A DNA stretch of 64,000 bases from an uncultured Gemmataceae bacterium. GTDB taxonomy: Bacteria; Planctomycetota; Planctomycetia; Gemmatales; Gemmataceae. The notes under the pieces are model-generated. The model did no database searches. It was not told the DNA's origin and saw only the letters and a program-made list of their open reading frames with translations. Of the stretch, positions 48,206 through 58,571 are shown piece after piece; position 1 is the first letter of the stretch, and every line of letters starts with the position of its first letter. Both the position numbers and the translations under genes were made by a program. The stretch spans positions 576,001 through 640,000 of the forward strand of contig CAVVPN010000011.1 of assembly GCA_963750165.1 (NCBI GenBank), given 5' to 3'.

Positions 48206-48275
48206 CGGCGAGCGGCGCGGCGTCAGCCCGCCGGTACGGACTGTCACCGGCGGGCTGACGCCGCGCCGCTCGCCG
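48206..48275. repeat. REP-like palindrome family A, copy 3
   Basis: Same arms as 12701. Confidence 0.9.
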
Positions 48276-49157
48276 GAGGATCGTCGGCGGAAAAACGCAC
48301 ATTGGTGGGGATGAGCCGATCACGCAGCGCCACGAACAGACAGGCAGTCACGAGGTCCGCGGTGGTGCCGGGGTTGCGCTGGTGGCCCTCGTCCCGCAGC
48401 CAGCGGTCCAGGTCGCGCAACTCTTCCCAGCCCGCCGTCGGCCAGCCTGCGCCAACACTCTTCGGGCCAGATCACATGCTTCTGCAGCTTCGTCAATGCC
48501 GCGCTTACGCTGGATCAAGCTGTCGGGAAACGCCTTCAGCAACTGCAACTGGCAATAAATGATTGCTCGTTCGAGGTCACCGGCTAGTGTCAAGCCGTGT
48601 TCCAGTTGCGAAAGGCCGAAAAGAAAAATGTCCTCGAACCAGTTGTCGTATTGTCGTGCGATCAGATCGCGATCCGCGGCGAGGCCCATCACCTGGCGAA
48701 GTCCCATGGTCGGGCGGTCGTGAACATCCTGCTCCGCCACTCGGCCGAGTCCTCCCGGTACTGCCAACCGAATCGCCTCATAAACCGCAACGGAATCGGC
48801 CTCGTCCAGACTGCAGAGCACAGCTTTCAAGGTAATTTGCAATGAAAGCCCAGTCGAATGAGCGGATGCGCACGCCAGCGGCGCCAGCAGCAGCACGATG
48901 CCAAGGTTCGTGTTCGTCGCGGTAACCCGCCGGGTGGCGCGGATCGCCTCCAGTACCGTTTCGCCAACCGAACGATCCCGAGCAGTCTCCATCACCGGCG
49001 CGATGGCCGCCGCACTGACGATGAAATCCAGATAACGCACGTCCTCAAAATCCTGATAACGATGGACGTTGCCGGGCTTGCGGGCGGTCGCTTCCCAGAT
49101 GCACGCCAGCTGGGCACACAGTCCCACGGAGGGCGGCGGATCATCGGGCTTGCTCAC
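48244..49157 (-). CDS. CitG-family triphosphoribosyl-dephospho-CoA synthase-like protein (Orf7 of C1 clusters); apparent frameshift near 48450
   Basis: EATARKPGNVHR, NTNLG and DSLIQRKRG. NPGTTADL lies in the shifted frame. Confidence 0.85.
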
Positions 49158-50010
49158 GGACGGCCTCGCTGAAATGGCGAACAATTTCCGCGGCGACATC
49201 CACGCCCGTCACCGGCGCCAGGGCGCGCCAGCCCGGCACGGCGTTGACCTCCAGCACGAACCAGTCGCCGTCCGGCCCCGGCAGCAGATCGACGCCGGCG
49301 ACCGTGACGCCCAGCGCTGCCGCGGCGTGCAGGGCCAACCGCTCCTGTTCCTGCGTGACGCATACCGCCTCAGCCTTGCCGCCCTGGGCGACGTTGGTGC
49401 GCCAGCCGTCCCGGGCGTGGCGGCGCATGCCGGCAACGACCCGGTCGGCGATCACGAAGACGCGCAGATCCCATCCAGGATGGTTTATGAATTGCTGCAC
49501 GTACAGCACCGTCTGTGTGCGTTCCAACGTGCGGAAGGTGCGCCAGGCCAGTTCCGGATCGCTGACGCGCACCATGCCGCGGCCCTCGGAGCCGAACAGC
49601 GGTTTGACCACCACGTCACCGCCGAGCAACTCGAACGCCGCCAGGGCGTCGTCGGCTTGCTGACAGGCGATGGTCGGCGGCACGCGCAGCCCGGCGGCTT
49701 CGAGGCGGGCGCTGGCGAGATACTTGTCGATACAGATTTCCAGGGCGCGGGGGCTGTTGAGGATGACGACGCCGGCGGCCTGCCAGCGCTGCAGCACGTC
49801 CATGCGGAAGACGACCTGTTCCAGCGAGCCGGGCGGCATGGTGCGAACAACCACGGCCGGCGCCGGCGGAAACGGGTTCGGCGTCACACCGACGGCGGCG
49901 CGGAGGCGGCGGAAGTCGAGCACCTCAACTTCATGCCCCTGAGCCCGGGCAGCGCGGCGCAGGTCGAGCACGTGCCAGCCCTCACCGCCGGAGATCACCG
50001 CGATTCGCAT
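49141..50010 (-). CDS. RimK-family ATP-grasp glutamate ligase (Orf5-like)
   Basis: GSLEQVVFRMD, VVKPLFGSEGRG, WRTNVAQG and EVNAVPGW motifs; position in the C1 cluster. Confidence 0.9.
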   Translation of the reverse strand: MRIAVISGGEGWHVLDLRRAARAQGHEVEVLDFRRLRAAVGVTPNPFPPAPAVVVRTMPPGSLEQVVFRMDVLQRWQAAGVVILNSPRALEICIDKYLASARLEAAGLRVPPTIACQQADDALAAFELLGGDVVVKPLFGSEGRGMVRVSDPELAWRTFRTLERTQTVLYVQQFINHPGWDLRVFVIADRVVAGMRRHARDGWRTNVAQGGKAEAVCVTQEQERLALHAAAALGVTVAGVDLLPGPDGDWFVLEVNAVPGWRALAPVTGVDVAAEIVRHFSEAVREQAR

Positions 50011-50061
50011 GACTGGCCTGCTGGACCTGTGCGCCGTTGCTCTACCGGAGAGGGACGCAAT

Positions 50062-50478
50062 TTAGACCTCGGCCGCACCCGGTGAGCCGCTCAGCTCCCG
50101 GCTGATGCCGCTGATCCCCACCTCCCCCTGGTGAAGACGGCCCCGCTCCCGCGCCCGTTGCAAAGTGTCCCAGCGATCGCCCCCGGGCTTGACCCGTGTC
50201 AGTCTTTCCAGAAGCATCTGCTCGAACCGATCCGCGGAAACCCGGATGCCAATGTCGAGATCGGCGTCCGGCTCCGCCGTGCCGCGCCCGCGGCTGCCGT
50301 GAACGAACAGATCATCGCCCAGGTCGCCGATCCGGCCTGCTTCTTGCCGCAGGCGCTCGCGCAACCGCAGCGACACCAGCTGGAACTGCTCCTCCGTCAT
50401 CCCCTGGAGCGGTCCCGGCTTCGTGAAAATGTTGTCGTAGTTATACCGCGCTCGCGCCGACGCCGCGACAGGTTTCAT
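50062..50478 (-). CDS. Pol-beta-fold nucleotidyltransferase-domain protein, possibly truncated
   Basis: VHGSRGRGTAEPDADLDIG motif. ATGA overlap with the mch stop. Confidence 0.65.
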   Translation of the reverse strand: MKPVAASARARYNYDNIFTKPGPLQGMTEEQFQLVSLRLRERLRQEAGRIGDLGDDLFVHGSRGRGTAEPDADLDIGIRVSADRFEQMLLERLTRVKPGGDRWDTLQRARERGRLHQGEVGISGISRELSGSPGAAEV

Positions 50479-51439
50479 GACGCCGCGCCAAAGAACGACT
50501 CGTGCAACACCTCCGGCGCAATCTTGCCGAAGACGTGGCTCTGGCCGCTCTTCAGATTGTTGAACACGATCTGCGCCGGGCTGAACAGCATCGGATCGAT
50601 TTTGTAGAAATCGTGGTTGTAGCGTGCAAAGATGTCCGCGAACGGTGTGCCGTGGTCCGGCGACGCAGACGACGGCACCTTCGAACCGATCTCCGCGATG
50701 TGCTCGTCGTCTGTCTGCACCCACAACACCACACGGCCGCCGTACAGGATCGCGTCATTGGTGCGGCCGATTGCGCTCAGCTCGTCCCGGGCCACCGGCG
50801 GCAGCGGTGCCGACCCGAAGCCCGACACAATGCAGCCCAGGTCGAACTTCAGTTCGTGTAATTTGTGCAGTGCCGTCTCCAGGCGCGAGCGACCACCTGA
50901 ATCGTCCCCGCCAGGCTCGACGCGGGCGCCGCCAGCAGCGTCAGCTTGTTCGCCGGCAGCTGCAGCGCCTCGCTCAGGTGGCTCACGACCGCGTCGTCCG
51001 GCAGTTTGCGCGTCTCCAGCACGCCGACCGCCACCGGCGACGTTTCGCGGCCCGGAATGTGGTCGTACAACTCCTCCTTGCCGTAGGCGGCCCGCATCGG
51101 TCCGGAGCCCATTGCGAAGAATTTTTCGACACTCACCTGCCAGCCGGCGTACTGCGCCGCCAGGCACGCCAGCACCGGCTGGTCGGTCAGCACCTGCACG
51201 ACGGGACACGGCACCCCCGCCACGTCGCCGGCCAGCAACGACACCTCCCCCTGCCCCGCCAGGCACACACGCGCCAGCGACAGGCCCGCCTGCAGACCGC
51301 CCGGCATCTCGACGCCGCAGTCCAGGATTTTGGCGCCGGCGGTCGTGATCTTGACGTTGATGCGCAGCGCCGCCGCCGTCGCGGCCATGTGATCGGCCAG
51401 GCGCATTGCCCGTTCGTTCAAAGTCGGAGTGAGGGCCAC
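50475..51439 (-). CDS. mch: Methenyltetrahydromethanopterin cyclohydrolase; apparent frameshift near 50885
   Basis: QYAGW, FAMGSGPMRA, LETALHK, GRTNDAILYGG and FYKIDPMLFSPA motifs. Confidence 0.92.
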
Positions 51440-51492
51440 CGGTTCGGTCTCCTTTGCCTTATTGCTGGCAAGCTGGGTAGTTGTGGCGTACT

Positions 51493-52653
51493 TTACTGCC
51501 GGAACAGCCAGCGGTCGAGGTCTTTCGCGGTTTGTTGCAGCGCTTGCAGACAGGCTTCCTCCGTTTCGGCACGGGCGAAGCACGTCAGCGCTGGCCAGCC
51601 CGCGGCGATTACCTCGCCGGGCGCGGGGATGTCTGCGAAGGCGGGCAGTTGCGTCACCGGAGTGGCCAGGCGCAGCGCGTCGCGCCAGGGGCCGTCAGCA
51701 TGAAACCGGCAAGCAGTCGGCGCGAACACCACGGCTTTGCCAACCACCCCGTTCGGCGGTCGCGGCTGCTGTACCGGCGGCTGGTTGACAGCTGCTTCAA
51801 AAACCCTCTGGTGCAGTGCCAGGGCCGTCAACCCGGTCGCATATTCCAGCACCTCCACGGAGGCGGTGTAGCGCGGATTGATTTCGACCGGCCACGGCAC
51901 GCCTTTCTTCAAGACGCAATCGACACCGAACAGGCCGCGCAAGGAAAAGCCCTCCACCAGGGCCTGGCCGAGCCAGGAGAAGCCGTTTTCCGCATCCGGG
52001 GGGAGCGGCATCGGGCCGATGCTACCGGAATAGTGAAACGGTGCGGCGTGCAGCCAGCCCGCGCCGACGAGCTGGCGCGTCACCCCCAGCAGCCGCGCCC
52101 TCCGCCCGTCGCCGAGGAAAACGGCGGCGCATTCCGTTCCGTCCACGAATTCCTGGAAAAACCAACCCCCAGTGTCCGACGGCCTGTCATCCCCATGCCT
52201 CCAGTGCCGGATGCCACGGCCCCCCGCGCCGGCGAGCGGCTTGAGCAGCCACGGCACATTCAGCCACGGCTGCTTGCTGGCGCGACACACAGCGGGCGCG
52301 GGCACCTCGAAATGGTTGCAGACCGCCTTGACCGCGAACGGCGAACGAACCGGCTTCAACACCCGCGCCCGGTTGCCCCACAGGGGCCGCAGCGCGCAGA
52401 GGCGGCGGACGATTTTGCGCTGATTCTCCAGCGCCCCGGTGTACATCCACGGTCCAGGCGGCATCGACTCAAGGGCGTGCGGCAATCCCTCCGGGTAACG
52501 CTCCACCGGCACCCGCTCGACCGGGCAGTGCTGCCGCAAATCCACGTCCGCGAACAGGTCGGCGCACCACGGTCGCAGCCCGGCTCGTAGCGCCGAGAAC
52601 GCCGCCGCCCGGGCGCTGGCGCCCACAATAATCAGCGCTTCGTCCGCTTTCAT
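51493..52653 (-). CDS. ATP-grasp protein (OrfY-like)
   Basis: GASARAAAFSA, DLFADVDL, LLKP..GAGGRGI and EINPRYTAS motifs; upstream of mch. Confidence 0.85.
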   Translation of the reverse strand: MKADEALIIVGASARAAAFSALRAGLRPWCADLFADVDLRQHCPVERVPVERYPEGLPHALESMPPGPWMYTGALENQRKIVRRLCALRPLWGNRARVLKPVRSPFAVKAVCNHFEVPAPAVCRASKQPWLNVPWLLKPLAGAGGRGIRHWRHGDDRPSDTGGWFFQEFVDGTECAAVFLGDGRRARLLGVTRQLVGAGWLHAAPFHYSGSIGPMPLPPDAENGFSWLGQALVEGFSLRGLFGVDCVLKKGVPWPVEINPRYTASVEVLEYATGLTALALHQRVFEAAVNQPPVQQPRPPNGVVGKAVVFAPTACRFHADGPWRDALRLATPVTQLPAFADIPAPGEVIAAGWPALTCFARAETEEACLQALQQTAKDLDRWLFRQ

Positions 52654-52728
52654 TTGACACGCCGCCCCGCAATCGCCATGATCGCTTGGGTAAGCCGCAA
52701 CCGAAAAACCTTCGCCGACGATGCCACC

Positions 52729-55700
52729 ATGCTAACACCTCCCTCCGCCTGGCACTGGCCCGTTGCCTGCCTGTTGCTGGGCTTATTCATCTTCCCCGCC
52801 ATGATGCCAGCCCAGCAGGAACCGGCCAAGCAGCCGAAAACCGCCGGGCCGCTGCTGCCGCGCGACGAACAAATGACGATCCGCGTCCCCAAAGGCTTCC
52901 GCGTCGATCTCGTGGCCAGCGAACCGGAGGTCGTCGATCCCGTGGCGATGGCCTTCGACGAGGACGGCCGACTGTACGTCGCGGAGATGGTCGGCTACCC
53001 CAACAAGGGCGTCGGCACCGGCATGATCTTCTCCGGCCGCATCAAGCTGCTTGAGGATCGCGACGGCGACGGCTTCTTCGAGAAGAGCACCGTCTTCGCC
53101 GACAAGCTGCGGTTGCCAACAGCGGTGATGCCGTACAGGGGCGGCCTGCTGGTCGCCAACGCTCCGGACCTGCTCTATTTGAAGGACACCAAGGGGACCG
53201 GCAAGGCAGACCAGCGCGAGGTGCTGTACACCGGCTTCGACCTGGCCAACATCCAGCAACTGCTGAACGGCCTGCAATGGGGCCTGGACAACTGGGTGTA
53301 TGCGTGCGCCGGCGGCAAGGGCGGCACCATCACGTCGCCGCAGAAGAAGATGGCGCCGGTGACGCTGCGCGGCCGTGGCATTCGTTTCAAGCCGGACGTG
53401 CCCGGCAGCCTGGAGCCGACTTCCGGCGGCGGTCAGTTCGGCCTCGCCGCGGACGACTGGGGCCGCTGGTTCACCGCCACCAACAGCCAGCATCTGCGGC
53501 ACATCGTCCTGCCGGACCATTATCTACGCCGCAACCCATATCTCCCCGTAGCTGCGACGACGCTCGACATCCCCGACCACAGCCCCGCGTGCAAGGTCCA
53601 CCGCATCAGCCCGTTCGAGGCGTGGCGCGTCGAGCGCACCACGCGCCGCAAGGGCAGCCCCGACAGCAAGCGCTTCCCCACGACCGAGCTGGTGCCCGGT
53701 GGCTACATCACCTCGGCGTGCAGTCCCGTCGTGTACACAGCGGACCTGTTTCCGAAGGAATATCGCGGCAACACCTTCGTCTGCGACCCGGCCAACAACC
53801 TTATCCACCGCGATGTGCTCGTGGAGAACGGTGCCACGTTCATCGCGCAGCGCGGCGACGCGGACCATGAGTTCCTGGCTTCGACGGACAACTGGTTCCG
53901 GCCGGTGTGCCTGACCATCGGGCCAGGCGGGGCGCTGTACGTGCTGGACTTTTACCGCGAGGTGATCGAGTCGCCGTTGTCGCTGCCGGACGACATCAAG
54001 GCGAACTTGAACCTGGAGAGCCGCAGCCGCGGCCGCATCTGGCGTGTGGCGCCGGCGGGCAAGCGCAAGGTGGTGCGGCCGCATTTGAGCAAGGCGACAG
54101 CGAAAGAGCTGGTGGGGCACCTGGGCGACGCCAACAGCTGGTGGCGCTGCACTGCGCAACGGCTGTTGATCGAACGCCAGGACAAAACCGTGGTGGCGGC
54201 GCTGCGGACGCTGGCGCGGACGGCGAAGGTCGCGCCCGGCCGGGCCCACGCGCTGTGGACGCTGCGCGGCCTGGGCGCGCTGACGGAGGAAGACATCCTG
54301 AAGGGGTTGGCCGATCCGGTGGCGGGGGTGCGCGAGCAGTCATTGCGCCTGGCCGAGGAGAAACTCGACAGCGCCCACGTGCGGGCGTTGGCCGATGACC
54401 CGTCGCCCCGTGTCCGCTTTCAGGCCGCCTTTACCCTGGGCGGAACCGACGATGCGGGCACAGTGACGGCGCTGGCGAAGATTGCCTGCCAGGACGTGAG
54501 TGACACGCGCTGGACGCAGACTGCCCTGCTCAGTTCCGCCGGCAAAACGGCTCCGGCGCTGCTGGAAGCCCTCACCGCGGACGGGAAATTCGCGGCGGCC
54601 GGGGCGCCCGCCCTGCAATTCCTGACGCGGCTGGCCCAACTGGTGGCCAGTCAGCCCGGCGACGCGGCCCTGGCACGGACGCTGCATTTGCTCTCGCCCA
54701 TGGGTAAGGCAGCCCCCGCCGCCTGGCAAATCGCCGTGCTGGACGGCCTGGGACAGGGGCTGCAGAACGGGCCCCGGCCGCTGGCGAAGTTGTGGGAGGC
54801 GCCGCCGCCCGGGCTGAAAGCGGCCATCGAAAAAGCCCGGCCGCTGTTCACGCACGCCGCCGCGGTGGCCCGAGACGACAAGCGCTCCGCCACGGAGCGC
54901 GGCACCGCGGTGCGGCTGCTGGGTTACGGCCCATTCGCCACGGTCAAGCCGTTCCTGCAAGAACTGCTGGCACCGCAACAACCCGGCGAAGTGCAGCTGG
55001 CCGCGGTACGAGCGCTGTCGGTGCAGGAGAATGCCCAGGTCGCCGACGTGCTGCTGGCGGGCTGGGGCGGCCACAGTCCCGGTGTCCGCCGGGAAGTGCT
55101 GGAGGCGCTGTTCGCCCGGCCGCAGCGGCTGGATCGGCTGCTGACGGCGATTGAGAAAAAGAAGGTGATCGCCGGCCAGCTGGAGCCCGCACGGCTGGCG
55201 CAGCTGCGCAAGCACCCCAACGCCAAACTCCGCCAGCGCGCGGAAAAACTGCTGGCCGGGCTGGTGACGCCGGCGCGGCGGAAGGTGGTCGCGGATTATC
55301 AGCCGGCCCTGGATTTGAAAGGCGACGTGGCCCGCGGCCGCACGCTGTTCCGCAAGACCTGCGTCGTCTGCCACCGCCTGGAGGACCACGGCGTCGAGGT
55401 TGGCCCGGACCTGCTGTCGGTGCTGCGCAACAAGACGCCGGAGGCGCTGCTCGTGGACATCCTGGACCCGAGCCGCGAGGTCGATCCGCGTTACATCGAT
55501 TACCTGGTGACGCTGAACAACGGCAAGCAGGTGACCGGCATGATCGCGACGGAAACAGCCGTGAGCGTGACGCTGCGGCGCGCGGAGAAGGCCGAGGACA
55601 CCCTCCTTCGCAACCAGATCGACACCATTCAGGCGACAGCCAAATCGGTAATGCCGGAGGGCCTGGAGATGCAGCTCAGCCGCCAGGACGTGGCGGACGT

Positions 55701-55737
55701 GATCACCTACCTGCAGTCGGTGGCGGCGCCGAAATGA
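52729..55737 (+). CDS. PVC-type heme-binding CxxCH protein (beta-propeller + HEAT + cytochrome c)
   Basis: ASEPEVVDPVAMAFDEDG, DNWFRP, CVVCH, GPDL and SVMPEGLE motifs. Confidence 0.9.
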   Translation: MLTPPSAWHWPVACLLLGLFIFPAMMPAQQEPAKQPKTAGPLLPRDEQMTIRVPKGFRVDLVASEPEVVDPVAMAFDEDGRLYVAEMVGYPNKGVGTGMIFSGRIKLLEDRDGDGFFEKSTVFADKLRLPTAVMPYRGGLLVANAPDLLYLKDTKGTGKADQREVLYTGFDLANIQQLLNGLQWGLDNWVYACAGGKGGTITSPQKKMAPVTLRGRGIRFKPDVPGSLEPTSGGGQFGLAADDWGRWFTATNSQHLRHIVLPDHYLRRNPYLPVAATTLDIPDHSPACKVHRISPFEAWRVERTTRRKGSPDSKRFPTTELVPGGYITSACSPVVYTADLFPKEYRGNTFVCDPANNLIHRDVLVENGATFIAQRGDADHEFLASTDNWFRPVCLTIGPGGALYVLDFYREVIESPLSLPDDIKANLNLESRSRGRIWRVAPAGKRKVVRPHLSKATAKELVGHLGDANSWWRCTAQRLLIERQDKTVVAALRTLARTAKVAPGRAHALWTLRGLGALTEEDILKGLADPVAGVREQSLRLAEEKLDSAHVRALADDPSPRVRFQAAFTLGGTDDAGTVTALAKIACQDVSDTRWTQTALLSSAGKTAPALLEALTADGKFAAAGAPALQFLTRLAQLVASQPGDAALARTLHLLSPMGKAAPAAWQIAVLDGLGQGLQNGPRPLAKLWEAPPPGLKAAIEKARPLFTHAAAVARDDKRSATERGTAVRLLGYGPFATVKPFLQELLAPQQPGEVQLAAVRALSVQENAQVADVLLAGWGGHSPGVRREVLEALFARPQRLDRLLTAIEKKKVIAGQLEPARLAQLRKHPNAKLRQRAEKLLAGLVTPARRKVVADYQPALDLKGDVARGRTLFRKTCVVCHRLEDHGVEVGPDLLSVLRNKTPEALLVDILDPSREVDPRYIDYLVTLNNGKQVTGMIATETAVSVTLRRAEKAEDTLLRNQIDTIQATAKSVMPEGLEMQLSRQDVADVITYLQSVAAPK

Positions 55738-55838
55738 CCGCGGCGGGCGGAACTTTTCAACCGCCGCAGAGTCTAATGGCTGACCCGTCCACTGCCGTTC
55801 CAATCCGGGCAAGGTTGGCAATCGTCTGGAGACATTCC

Positions 55839-56549
55839 ATGCGCAAGAACAATCCGCGGTGGCCGGTGCTGGTCGGCCTGACCACCCTGGCGGCGCTGAC
55901 CGTGACGGTCGGGGCCGCCACGGCTCAGGCGAAACGGACCCGCACTGGCGATTACAACAACTACATCAAGCAGTTGACGGCCCGCTTCAACGCCTGGGAT
56001 ACCAACCGCGACAAGGTGCTCGACAAGTACGAACTGGCCAAAGCCTTTCGCGGCCCCAGCGCCAGGCCCTTCGACGGCGGCAACGACACCACGCCCGCTG
56101 CCCTGAAGGGGACCTTTGATCGCGACTACCTGAAAGTTCTGGCACGTATGACGCCGTATACCGCCAAGGTGGTGCCGGCCATCAACCTGGCCCTGGCGGA
56201 CCTGCTCTACCGCGACCTGTCCGTGGTCAAGAGCGGGAACCTGGCCGACTACAGCAACCTCGCGGACGTGCAGTTCATCCTCATTGCCGGCACCACCGGG
56301 CTGCCGAAGCTCACCAAAAGTGAATACGACGGCTTTGCGAAAACCTACGCCAGCAGCCTCGCCGACGCCGAGGAGGCCAGCCGCAAGTTGAAGGAAGCGC
56401 AGGGCCGACTCCAGAAAGCCAAGACCGCTGCCGCCAAAATGAAGGCCGCTGCGGATGTCATGCAGCGTCAACAGAATCTGGCCGTCGCCAACACCGCTAT
56501 CCAGGCCATCCCGGCCGTCATCCAGCAAAAACTCGCCGTCCGACGCTGA
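55839..56549 (+). CDS. Secreted hypothetical protein with an EF-hand-like motif
   Basis: Signal peptide and DTNRDKVLDKYEL. Confidence 0.7.
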   Translation: MRKNNPRWPVLVGLTTLAALTVTVGAATAQAKRTRTGDYNNYIKQLTARFNAWDTNRDKVLDKYELAKAFRGPSARPFDGGNDTTPAALKGTFDRDYLKVLARMTPYTAKVVPAINLALADLLYRDLSVVKSGNLADYSNLADVQFILIAGTTGLPKLTKSEYDGFAKTYASSLADAEEASRKLKEAQGRLQKAKTAAAKMKAAADVMQRQQNLAVANTAIQAIPAVIQQKLAVRR

Positions 56550-56585
56550 CCTGCCCGACGCTTCCCCGCTTCATACAACAAGGGT

Positions 56586-56621
56586 AAGCCTGGACACCGT
56601 ACAGGTGACCAGGCTTTTTTT
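56586..56621 (+). terminator. Intrinsic terminator
   Basis: aagcctggacacc-gtaca-ggtgaccaggctt followed by a T run. Confidence 0.65.
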
Positions 56622-56695
56622 CGCCCATCGTCAATATTCCTGCCGGCGATCCGAATCAGTAGAAGTAGCACACACTCAACCCAGGGAGGATTGAC

Positions 56696-57862
56696 ATGAA
56701 AATCCAGGGAATGTTGTTGACCTTGTGCGCCATCGTGTTGATCAGTTGCAGCGGGGTGACCGTCACTTCCGGCCCCACACCGAACGAGAACAAGTCGCCC
56801 CAGCCGAAGCCGGTCCAGGACGGCGGCAAGCAAATCGCCCAGGACGGCGGCAAGAAAGACCGCAGGGATAACGCCGGCCCCAAAAAGGGGGACGGCCCCA
56901 AAAAGGATGGCAACAACGGCAAGCCGAATCAGGACAAAAAGATCCCGATCGAGCAACCGAAGTTCGTCGTCAAGCAATTTTACATCACCCCGACCAACGA
57001 CGCCGGCATGGCCAAGCTGCGCGAGATGCCGGACCTGGAGGAACTGACGGTGAACGGCTCCAAGCTCACCCCGGCAGGGCTGAAGCAACTGACCGCACTG
57101 AAGAAGCTCGAAAAACTCAACTTCCAATCCACACCCGCTGCCTTTCAGGAGGAGGGGCTGCGCGTGCTGAAGGAGTTGCCAAACCTGAAGAGTGTGAGCT
57201 TTTTTAATTGCGGCGAGTGTACCACCGCCATCGCCGCCCGCCTGAAAGCGTTGACGGGATTGAAGGGTCTGTCTCTCGACCGCGTGGAAGGCAACGACGT
57301 CCTCGGGCAGCTGAAGGAGTTGACCAACCTGGAAGCCCTGAAAGTCAGTTCGTTCACAATCAACGACGCCGGGGTGGCCCACCTGAGCGGGCTCACCAAG
57401 CTCCAGGACCTCAATCTCCACGTCACCAGCGTCACGGACGCCGGCCTGGTCTACCTCAAAGGGATGAAGGATTTGAAGGACCTGGACATCGGCTTCACCA
57501 AGGTCACGAGCAAGGGGCTGGTCCACCTGGAGGGACTCAAGAACCTCGAACACCTGGATCTGGCCGCCCAGGGTGGCGTCGGGGATGCTGGCCTGGCACA
57601 CCTCAAGGGGCTGACCAACATGAAACATCTCGGCCTGCTGAACACCAGCGTCACGGACAACGGCCTGGCGAACCTTGAGGGCATGACGCAGCTCACGACG
57701 CTGGACCTCCGCTGCCCGCTCATCACCGACGCCGGCCTGGAACACCTCCGGCGCCTGAAACAACTCAAGCGCCTGGAACTCTTCGGCAGCAAGGTCACGA
57801 AGAAGCGGGCGAACGACCTGAAAAAGTCGATTCCCGGGTTGCAATTTTCCGGGGTGAATTAG
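56696..57862 (+). CDS. Leucine-rich-repeat lipoprotein
   Basis: LISC lipobox and 24-aa L..L.L..T.VTDAGL.HL repeats. Confidence 0.88.
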   Translation: MKIQGMLLTLCAIVLISCSGVTVTSGPTPNENKSPQPKPVQDGGKQIAQDGGKKDRRDNAGPKKGDGPKKDGNNGKPNQDKKIPIEQPKFVVKQFYITPTNDAGMAKLREMPDLEELTVNGSKLTPAGLKQLTALKKLEKLNFQSTPAAFQEEGLRVLKELPNLKSVSFFNCGECTTAIAARLKALTGLKGLSLDRVEGNDVLGQLKELTNLEALKVSSFTINDAGVAHLSGLTKLQDLNLHVTSVTDAGLVYLKGMKDLKDLDIGFTKVTSKGLVHLEGLKNLEHLDLAAQGGVGDAGLAHLKGLTNMKHLGLLNTSVTDNGLANLEGMTQLTTLDLRCPLITDAGLEHLRRLKQLKRLELFGSKVTKKRANDLKKSIPGLQFSGVN

Positions 57863-57981
57863 CAAACCGGCAGTTCCCCTTGGTGCTCGCCTTCCGAGAC
57901 TGGGATCCCCTGGCTTGACCTGCCCGCGGTCAGGTTCAACAATGGCCCTGTCGCCCGCACCAACCTGAACGAGGAGCCATC

Positions 57982-58452
57982 ATGGCCACGACGCCGGAAG
58001 CCCGTTTAGCGGAACTGAAACTGACGCTGCCGCCCGCCCCCAAACCCGTCGCCAAGTACAAGCCGGCCGTGCAGGTCGGCAACGTGCTGTACGTCTCCGG
58101 CCACGGTCCACTCAAGGTGGACGGCAAGAACGTGGTCGTCGGCTGCGTAGGCAAGGAGTTGACCCTGGAGCAGGGCAAGGATGCCGCCCGCCTGGTTGGC
58201 CTGGCCATTTTGAGCACGGTGCGCAATACGCTCGGATCGCTGGACCGAGTGAAGCGCCTGGTCAAGACCCTGGGCATGGTCTATGCGACACCGGACTTCA
58301 AGGACCACCCGCAGGTCATCAATGGATTCTCGGAGTTGATGGCGGAGGTGTTCGGCGAGGATGTGGGCGTTGGGGCGCGGAGTGCCGTCGGCATGGGGTC
58401 GTTGCCCGGCAGCATCCCCGTGGAGGTGGAGTGCATCTTCGAGGTGGCGTGA
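57982..58452 (+). CDS. RidA/YjgF family protein
   Basis: LYVSGHGP, NGFSELM, ARSAVG and PVEVE motifs. Confidence 0.9.
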   Translation: MATTPEARLAELKLTLPPAPKPVAKYKPAVQVGNVLYVSGHGPLKVDGKNVVVGCVGKELTLEQGKDAARLVGLAILSTVRNTLGSLDRVKRLVKTLGMVYATPDFKDHPQVINGFSELMAEVFGEDVGVGARSAVGMGSLPGSIPVEVECIFEVA

Positions 58453-58461
58453 AAAGATCGA

Positions 58462-58564
58462 AATTCACCACAGAGAACGCGGAGAGCGCAGAGAAAAGAC
58501 AAAGAAAGAGATCATCAATTCTTCTGTCTTTTCTCGGCGCTCTCCGCGTTCTCTGTGGTGAATT
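58462..58564. repeat. Inverted repeat with 9-nt periodic arms between convergent genes
   Basis: aattcaccacagagaacgcggagagcgcagagaaaagaca and its near-perfect reverse complement. Confidence 0.85.
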
Positions 58565-58571
58565 GCTTTTG

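Noticed and set aside
50849..50900. Programmed ribosomal frameshifting in mch and the other split genes
   Set aside because: There are no slippery heptamers, and the same one-base-missing pattern in nine unrelated genes is better explained by sequencing error.
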